34,238 nt of DNA from an archaeon (lineage in GTDB: Archaea > Thermoplasmatota > Thermoplasmata > WALJ01). The DNA lies in contig JAJRVK010000073.1 of assembly GCA_024277315.1 (NCBI GenBank), positions 1 through 34,238 on the forward strand. Reading direction: 5' to 3'. The notes under the pieces were generated by a model. It made no database searches and was not told the origin of the DNA. It saw only the letters and a list, made by a program, of their open reading frames with translations. Numbering within the stretch: position 1 is the stretch's first letter; each line of letters opens with the position of its first letter. Of the stretch, positions 28,653-34,238 are shown piece by piece. Both the position numbers and the translations under genes were made by a program.

Positions 28653-29972
28653 TTAAATTTTAAAATAGATATCGGATATTCTATCACTTATTTTCGAAAA
28701 AGTCTCCCAGTTTATCGTGATTTCTTTTCTATCAAGTATATCTTTAACTTTTCCTTCTTTGGTAAACTCATATACTGCAACTTTGTTGGGTGAAATGAAA
28801 GCTTTCTTGTCTTTTAAGAAGAACAGTTCCTGTATTTCTTCTTTCTTTTTAGATTTTGATGCGGCCATGAGATTAATTAGGTGATCTACAATGTAGGGGG
28901 TATGGGTTGTTATTATAAAGTGTGCGCCATCGTTTACAAGCATGGAGATAAATTCCATGAATTTTACTTGGGCCTCTGGATGGAGATTCATTGCAGGTTC
29001 ATCTATGATGAATAATTTGTTTTTATAGCCATAATTCCTTATATAAAGATAAAATATGGATAAAGCCTTTACTAATGAAGATGTCGCATGAATCTTCAGA
29101 TTTCCATCTTTAAAATAATATTTGATTTCGTTTCCTAAATCTCCCTTTTCAGTATCTATCTCTCCAGATAGTATTTCTTTCTCGAATATATCTATAAGCT
29201 TTTTCTTCTTTGTGGAAGAGTCAAAATTTTTCAAATCACCGACTAAACTGATATAATCCCTGATTGGCTTAGGATATTTGGGTATCTTTTCTTTATTTAT
29301 ATCTATATTTTTAAAATATCTATAAACTAGTAAATCACTCATATATGAAAGAGAAGTTCTCTCCGAAGGAAATATCTTAATATCTTTATATATCGATGTA
29401 TGAATCTCTGCTATTATGAGAAAATCTAAGAAAAATGCAGCAGCTTTCTTATTTTTAGAACCGCACAAGATGATTTTAAAGGAATCTTTAACTTTTTTTA
29501 ACTTTTTGCTTGTAAGGGGATCTATGCGCATCATAGTGTCGGATTCAAAAGTTATTCTTTTTTCTTCCCTAAAAAAGTTTTCTTTGACTTTGGTATTGAG
29601 GTTAGTAATATGGACTTTTGCACCTTTCTTCTCTTTATCTAAAAACATGAAATTATTAAAATACAATTCAAAATTATCAGAGATATATTTTTCAAAATCA
29701 AGTTTTTCAAAAACTTTTTCAGCATTAATACTAAAACAACCTTCTTCCTCTTCTATCAATTCTTTATCAAAATAATCAGTATATTTTTTATAATTATATT
29801 CATTTATAAATTCTTTTAGCATTTCAAAAGATGCTGCTACAGAATAAGCAGCCCACGTTTTCCCCGTATTGTTTGGACCTATGAATATTGTGAGAGGCTT
29901 TAATTCAATTTCTGCCTCTTTTATAGGACCAAGATTGGATATCGAAATTTTAAGGTCTTTTCTTTTACCCAT
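28653..29972 (-). CDS. Low-GC ABC-type ATPase (AAA_15/AAA_21-like)
   Basis: NLGPI, Walker A GPNNTGKT, PSERT, Walker B/D-loop IIDEPAMNLHP, H-loop TTHTPY. Confidence 0.9.
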   Translation of the reverse strand: MGKRKDLKISISNLGPIKEAEIELKPLTIFIGPNNTGKTWAAYSVAASFEMLKEFINEYNYKKYTDYFDKELIEEEEGCFSINAEKVFEKLDFEKYISDNFELYFNNFMFLDKEKKGAKVHITNLNTKVKENFFREEKRITFESDTMMRIDPLTSKKLKKVKDSFKIILCGSKNKKAAAFFLDFLIIAEIHTSIYKDIKIFPSERTSLSYMSDLLVYRYFKNIDINKEKIPKYPKPIRDYISLVGDLKNFDSSTKKKKLIDIFEKEILSGEIDTEKGDLGNEIKYYFKDGNLKIHATSSLVKALSIFYLYIRNYGYKNKLFIIDEPAMNLHPEAQVKFMEFISMLVNDGAHFIITTHTPYIVDHLINLMAASKSKKKEEIQELFFLKDKKAFISPNKVAVYEFTKEGKVKDILDRKEITINWETFSKISDRISDIYFKI

Positions 29973-29993
29973 GAATGCGCATAAGGTTTATTA

Positions 29994-30010
29994 CCTATAT
30001 ATCACTTTTT
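29994..30010 (-). promoter_or_regulatory. BRE/TATA-like promoter for the ATPase gene (probably leaderless)
   Basis: Minus strand AAAAAGTGATATATAGG with TATATA about 24-29 nt upstream of ATG 29972; no RBS. Confidence 0.5.
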
Positions 30011-30016
30011 CAAGTT

Positions 30017-30631
30017 ATGTCTCTTAGTCTTCACCCAGGAGATGATTCTTCGCAATCGATTTCTAAACCCAAAAAAATCGAAAATAAATGTCATTTTACT
30101 TTTAAATCTCCTATAATCCGCTTCTTTTTTCCCATTCTTCTGGCTATGCCTATTGCATATCTCATCCTTTTCTCACCGAATTTTCCGGCCTATGCAGCCA
30201 CAGTCGGCACCTTTTTTTTCGCCTTCGGAACCGGTGAGATATCGGCCATAATCGTGGGCACGGCTCTCGGACTTAATCCGTTCCTGCCCGCGCTCCTAGT
30301 CGCATTCATAGAATCTGATATGTCCCTTTTCATAGCATGGAACTTCGATTACCTGAAAAGAATCCCCAAACTCGGACCTCTAATAGAAAAATACGAGAAA
30401 AAGGCAGAAGATATCCTGTCCGGCCGAAAAGCGCTCCTAGGTGCAGAATTCGCCCTCATATTCTTCATGATGTTCATACCATTTCATGGTACGGGCGCCG
30501 TAACAATGACCATTGCGGGAAGGATTCTGGCTCTGGGTGAAAACAGGACTTGGTTGGCGGTCACCCTCGGAACTCTGACCCGCTCTCTTTTAGTGGCATC
30601 ATTGATTTATCTCGGTCTTCTGACCTTCTGA
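30017..30631 (+). CDS. Putative small multi-drug export family membrane protein (start uncertain)
   Basis: Several TM segments; FMMFIPFHGTGAVTMTIAGRILAL resembles the family motif IPLPGTGAWTG. Confidence 0.7.
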   Translation: MSLSLHPGDDSSQSISKPKKIENKCHFTFKSPIIRFFFPILLAMPIAYLILFSPNFPAYAATVGTFFFAFGTGEISAIIVGTALGLNPFLPALLVAFIESDMSLFIAWNFDYLKRIPKLGPLIEKYEKKAEDILSGRKALLGAEFALIFFMMFIPFHGTGAVTMTIAGRILALGENRTWLAVTLGTLTRSLLVASLIYLGLLTF

Positions 30632-31205
30632 AAACGGCAACAACATCTCTTCCCAGTGTATAAACCCTGTCCGCACCCACATCTTTCAGGTATTTCATGA
30701 GCTCTTTTCTGGTAAATATCCATCTCTTCCTGTTTTCCAGCGGATTTATGCCATCCGCATCACCGAGAAGAGAATCCCAGATTTTTCTGAGAATTCCGGG
30801 CATCCTGACATTAAAAGCGCTCACCGGCTCGATAACAACGACGGTCTCGAATTTCTCTCTCATCCTCTCTATGAGCCGCTTTTCCTGTGGTGTTATGTGG
30901 TGCAGAACATCCACTATCACCCCGACCTCCGCTTTAGGAAATCCGTCACTCATGATGTCTCCGACCACACACCTGTATCCCTTCTTTCGGGCATATCTAA
31001 CAAATCTTTCATTCAGGTCCATGCCACAGTATCTATCCTTTTCGAGATATCTTCCGAGCAGGGCGGGACCGCATCCGGCTTCGAAAACTTTCCTGCCGCC
31101 AGCAATCCTCGCAATCTCCTGGTATCTCCTTTCCAGTTCATTTCCATGCATCGTTTTCAGCATTAATAAGTATAACCTCGGACTACGATACATGAGACTT
31201 TTCAT
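30561..31205 (-). CDS. Class I SAM-dependent methyltransferase
   Basis: VFEAGCGPA, GMDLNERF, VDVLHH; start overlaps the glycosyltransferase 3' end. Confidence 0.82.
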   Translation of the reverse strand: MKSLMYRSPRLYLLMLKTMHGNELERRYQEIARIAGGRKVFEAGCGPALLGRYLEKDRYCGMDLNERFVRYARKKGYRCVVGDIMSDGFPKAEVGVIVDVLHHITPQEKRLIERMREKFETVVVIEPVSAFNVRMPGILRKIWDSLLGDADGINPLENRKRWIFTRKELMKYLKDVGADRVYTLGRDVVAVFRRSEDRDKSMMPLKESGSEFRG

Positions 31206-32319
31206 AGAGTTCCATCACCCGTTCCGAGACCACTCTCCAGTCATATTTGCTCCTCACCATTTTCAGTGATCTCTTTGAGAGTATGCTCCTTTTCTCCTTA
31301 TCGCCCATGAGATCGAGCATGGCTCCGGCCAGTTCTTCGGGCTCCGAAGGTGGGACGAGCAGACCGTACTTCCCTTTTCCGAGTATCTCCTCTATTCCGC
31401 CGACCCTCGTTCCTATGACCGGAGTTCCGGATGCCATTGCCTCCAGGAGGACTATTCCGAACGATTCTCCGAAAGATGACGGCAGAACGAATATGTCGGC
31501 GGAGGAAAACAGAGCATTCATCATCTCGCCGGGAACATATCCCAGAAAATCCACTTTTTCCTCTATTCCGATGGCCTTTGACATGGATCTGAGCACGGGT
31601 TTCAGTTTTCCTTTTCCGGCGATTCTGAGCCTAGCTTCAGGCAGCTCTTCGGCAACTTCTCTGAATGCCAGTAAAAGGGTTAAGAGACCTTTCTTGCCTA
31701 CAAGCCTGCCAACATAGAGGAAGAACGGCGCATCATCGAAATTCATCACGGCTCTGGCCTCCTCTTTTCCCATGCTCCTGAACTTGGACGTGTCCACACC
31801 GTTGGGAATCACCGTGATGGGAATATCTGTGAAATAGGATATGAAGCGCCCAGCGGCCTCGCTGACAGCTATTATTTCGTCCGCCTTTGAGAGCATTATG
31901 CGGTAAACAGGATAGCTGTAACTGAGAGCGCTCCACAGATACTCATAGTCAGGCATGAATGATACCGTATGGGTTGTCAGCACGGTTCTTATTCCCAGAT
32001 CTTTTCCTATGTTTAAGCCGGATAGAGGGGTTCTTGAGAACGCATGATGGGAGTGTATGACATCGAAATCTCCCTTTTTTATCACTTCTTTCATCTCTTT
32101 GGAGGCCCATGGTGACAGGTTCACCCTGAAAAACGGGTCTTTGGGCCCTTTTATAACATGAACCGGGACGCTGACCCGCATCTCTTCCGTCTCCCAGGAA
32201 CTAGTTATTATCTCCACATCCAGACCTTTTCTGACGAGAAATTCTGTAAGCTGACTGACGTGGACGGCAACCCCGCCAGCTCTGGCATTCAGCCATTCCA
32301 CAACCATGGCCACCCTCAT
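31183..32319 (-). CDS. GT4 family glycosyltransferase (PimA/PIG-A-like)
   Basis: GGVAVHV, VIPNGVD, YVGRLVGKKG, ESFGIVLLEAMASGTPVI. Confidence 0.93.
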   Translation of the reverse strand: MRVAMVVEWLNARAGGVAVHVSQLTEFLVRKGLDVEIITSSWETEEMRVSVPVHVIKGPKDPFFRVNLSPWASKEMKEVIKKGDFDVIHSHHAFSRTPLSGLNIGKDLGIRTVLTTHTVSFMPDYEYLWSALSYSYPVYRIMLSKADEIIAVSEAAGRFISYFTDIPITVIPNGVDTSKFRSMGKEEARAVMNFDDAPFFLYVGRLVGKKGLLTLLLAFREVAEELPEARLRIAGKGKLKPVLRSMSKAIGIEEKVDFLGYVPGEMMNALFSSADIFVLPSSFGESFGIVLLEAMASGTPVIGTRVGGIEEILGKGKYGLLVPPSEPEELAGAMLDLMGDKEKRSILSKRSLKMVRSKYDWRVVSERVMELYEKSHVS

Positions 32320-33326
32320 TCAAATCTCGCCCCGCAGTTCGGGCATATTATCGCATCGCCCGGAATCTCGGTCCCGCACTCAGGACAGACAAAGACCTCC
32401 TCTACCAGTTTATATCCGCATTTACCGCAGAAAACATCATCTTCCAGAACCATTGTTCCGCAATCGGGGCACCTCAGGAGTGCGCATCCGCACTTCCTGC
32501 AGAACCTATCTCCTTTCCTGACGGTAGCCCCGCATTTAAGACAGATTTCATTTCCCAAAGGCAGCTCTCTGGCAGGTTCGATCGATTCCAGCCCCTCTTT
32601 AACATCCATGTCTATGCTGTCCGATGGCAGAGTCCTTATCGCGCTATCCCCCCTTGCCGTCTCTTCCCCGTTTTCTTCTTTCTCCTCCACAACCTCATCG
32701 AGTCTTATGTATTCGACAACCTCGCCCTCCGCGCTCTTTCTGGCCTTTATCGCCATCGAAAACGCTTTCTCATAGTTTTCAGACTCGAAATGCACTTTTG
32801 CCACCCTCAATATTTCACTGGCCTGCGCTATATCCCTGCCTTCGATACCGGCCTTTTCTATGGCATCTCCGGCCCTCCCCATCTCGAACTTCGCCTGCAG
32901 ATAATATGGGGGAAATTTCTGGAAGGCCTCTTTCGGGTTTTCTTCTTTTTCCGTGGAAGGCGGGGCGTTAAGAATGTCAGTGCCTTCCTGATGCTCTTTG
33001 TTGGCTCTGAGCGCCTCTTCTTTAGCCTCTTTCAGAAGATCTTCCACTCTCGAATAGAGTCGACCTTCCATTGAAATCTCGGCCTGATGAAGAAGCATCT
33101 CAGCCTTTTTGATGTTCACTCCTCTGTCTTCCAGGATTTTAAGCAGGGTTTTCGTGGTGCTTATCGAGCTCTCCAGCTCTTCTTTCATCCTTTTCTTGCT
33201 AACTGGAATGCCTTTTTCGAGGTACTCTCTTCTCTTCTTTCTTATGGCCCGGGCTATAAGTATCGCTATCGTAATCAAAAGAAATCCGACCACTACCAGC
33301 ATCATCAGCACAAGGGAGACATCCAT
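32316..33326 (-). CDS. Membrane-anchored helical protein with C-terminal double-zinc-ribbon repeats
   Basis: N-terminal TM (MDVSLVLMMLVVVGFLLITIAIL), helical middle, six CxxC motifs; ATG 33326 preferred over 33416. Confidence 0.82.
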   Translation of the reverse strand: MDVSLVLMMLVVVGFLLITIAILIARAIRKKRREYLEKGIPVSKKRMKEELESSISTTKTLLKILEDRGVNIKKAEMLLHQAEISMEGRLYSRVEDLLKEAKEEALRANKEHQEGTDILNAPPSTEKEENPKEAFQKFPPYYLQAKFEMGRAGDAIEKAGIEGRDIAQASEILRVAKVHFESENYEKAFSMAIKARKSAEGEVVEYIRLDEVVEEKEENGEETARGDSAIRTLPSDSIDMDVKEGLESIEPARELPLGNEICLKCGATVRKGDRFCRKCGCALLRCPDCGTMVLEDDVFCGKCGYKLVEEVFVCPECGTEIPGDAIICPNCGARFE

Positions 33327-33455
33327 ATTTTTCGCAACCCCATCCCACAGGAAGGATAAAAAGATTTCTGTAAAAATTCCATGAAATTCCACTTTTTCCG
33401 CCGTCCAACCCGCCAAAAAATGAAGGTTGAGGCAGGTCTGGGGTTTCCCGTGGAC

Positions 33456-33851
33456 CTAGAAACCGGGTCTTATCTTCTTCCTGCTTATCTTTATCCCGCC
33501 GGGTGTAGCCATAAGTATGTTTTTTGCCACTCCGGCAACATCTCCGCCTGTGTCTCTGGCAACGGATTTCAGCTCGCTTATGACTCTCTTCAGCTCCAGA
33601 TCGTCATTTGCCATCATAGTGAAATCCAAGACAAGTATGTTTCCGTTGTAAAGCTCCGATGTCAGTTCGGAAAGATCCTCGTACCTCGATATCTCAGCAA
33701 CTTTTACAACTGATCTCGCACCGCTGAGAGCGGCAGCCTCATCTGCAAATTCCATCTCCGCAAGATCTATGTATTCCCCTGCGGATGCTCTCTCATGCTC
33801 TCTTTTGATCGGAATCATTTTCTTTGTTTTTTTAAGGAATCCACCTACCAT
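33456..33851 (-). CDS. sepF: Archaeal cell division protein SepF
   Basis: EYIDL, VKVAEI, GNILVLDF, GGDVAG, ILMATPGGIKISR. Confidence 0.88.
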   Translation of the reverse strand: MVGGFLKKTKKMIPIKREHERASAGEYIDLAEMEFADEAAALSGARSVVKVAEISRYEDLSELTSELYNGNILVLDFTMMANDDLELKRVISELKSVARDTGGDVAGVAKNILMATPGGIKISRKKIRPGF

Positions 33852-33904
33852 TTAAAGGCCTCCTTTGAGTGCTTGCCTACCCCATCATTTTATAGAATAA
33901 AAAC

Positions 33905-34238
33905 CTATCGCTTCGTTTGTTTATAATTTTTCGAGAGGAGAATTCCGAAAATAATCGTCAGGAGAAGTGGAAGCCATCGGGAAGGGAACTCGGGTATCGG
34001 AACAGCACCATCTTCGCTCGGATATTCTCGGCTAATGCCAGCAGTGGAAAACAAAGGCGAAAACGACCTGGACAAATCGGAGCGCAAGAAATCCCCGTCA
34101 TCTCTATTGCCCTGCCAATCGGTGAGATATACGAAGAAGCTCGAGTTAGCACCCAGACCAATGTCCCCCGGGATTCCGCATTCGATCTCATGCTCGCCCA
34201 TCGCTGCATTCGCATCTCCGATATACGTCCAGTTCCAG
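33905..34238 (-). CDS. C-terminal part of a surface protein with PEF-CTERM sorting signal (starts beyond the window)
   Basis: Frame open to the window edge; ends PIPEFPSRWLPLLLTIIFGILLSKNYKQTKR (PEF, TM helix, basic tail). Confidence 0.75.
   Translation of the reverse strand, partial: WNWTYIGDANAAMGEHEIECGIPGDIGLGANSSFFVYLTDWQGNRDDGDFLRSDLSRSFSPLFSTAGISREYPSEDGAVPIPEFPSRWLPLLLTIIFGILLSKNYKQTKR

Larger units (their letters stand above)
28176..29990. mobile_element. Low-GC, probably horizontally acquired two-gene insert; no transposase or integrase
   Basis: GC drops abruptly right after the dCMP deaminase stop (14/60 in line 28201; roughly 25-30% by eye versus about 50% in flanks). Confidence 0.65.

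Noticed and set aside
28184..29986. CTTATGC / GCATAAG 7-bp inverted match near the ends of the low-GC insert
   Set aside because: Too short, left copy lies inside a CDS, no target duplication or transposase
29975..30016. ORF-track start at 29975 for the membrane protein
   Set aside because: Overlaps the divergent ATPase promoter and has no RBS; true start is likely downstream
30561..30631. 71-bp convergent overlap as antisense regulation
   Set aside because: Overlapping tail looks like an unconserved extension; common in compact archaeal genomes

Overview
Archaeal chromosomal segment; gene content, GGAGGTGA ribosome-binding sites, TATA boxes, archaeal SepF and a PEF-CTERM tail suggest an anaerobic euryarchaeote, probably Thermoplasmata (inference). 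In order: purH; a probable decayed membrane-protein gene; a 1179-aa surface protein; ogg; a CysM-like synthase; frameshifted sfsA; an Lrp/Ptr2-like regulator divergent from an oxidative-stress/iron cluster (rubredoxin missed by the ORF track, FprA, superoxide reductase, DpsL, rubrerythrin, ferritin, three ferritin-like paralogs, a small wHTH protein, a truncated Bcp remnant, KorAB, peroxiredoxin) that runs into CopB; a coupled cutA-CBS-methyltransferase-cystathionine lyase-copA-GDCCVxC-YHS copper/sulfur operon; truA; dCMP deaminase; a low-GC two-gene insert (ABC-like ATPase plus small PD-(D/E)xK-like protein); then membrane, methyltransferase, GT4, zinc-ribbon and sepF genes. Best candidates for new biology: the copper-transsulfuration operon, the low-GC candidate defence pair, and a CopA C-terminal GDCCVxC module whose signature motif lies in the -1 frame behind an in-phase A_AAG_GGG slippery heptamer. 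Several frameshifts fall in homopolymer runs, so sequencing error must be excluded. All family calls are from motif recognition by eye; no searches were run. No RNA genes, CRISPR arrays or transposases were recognised.
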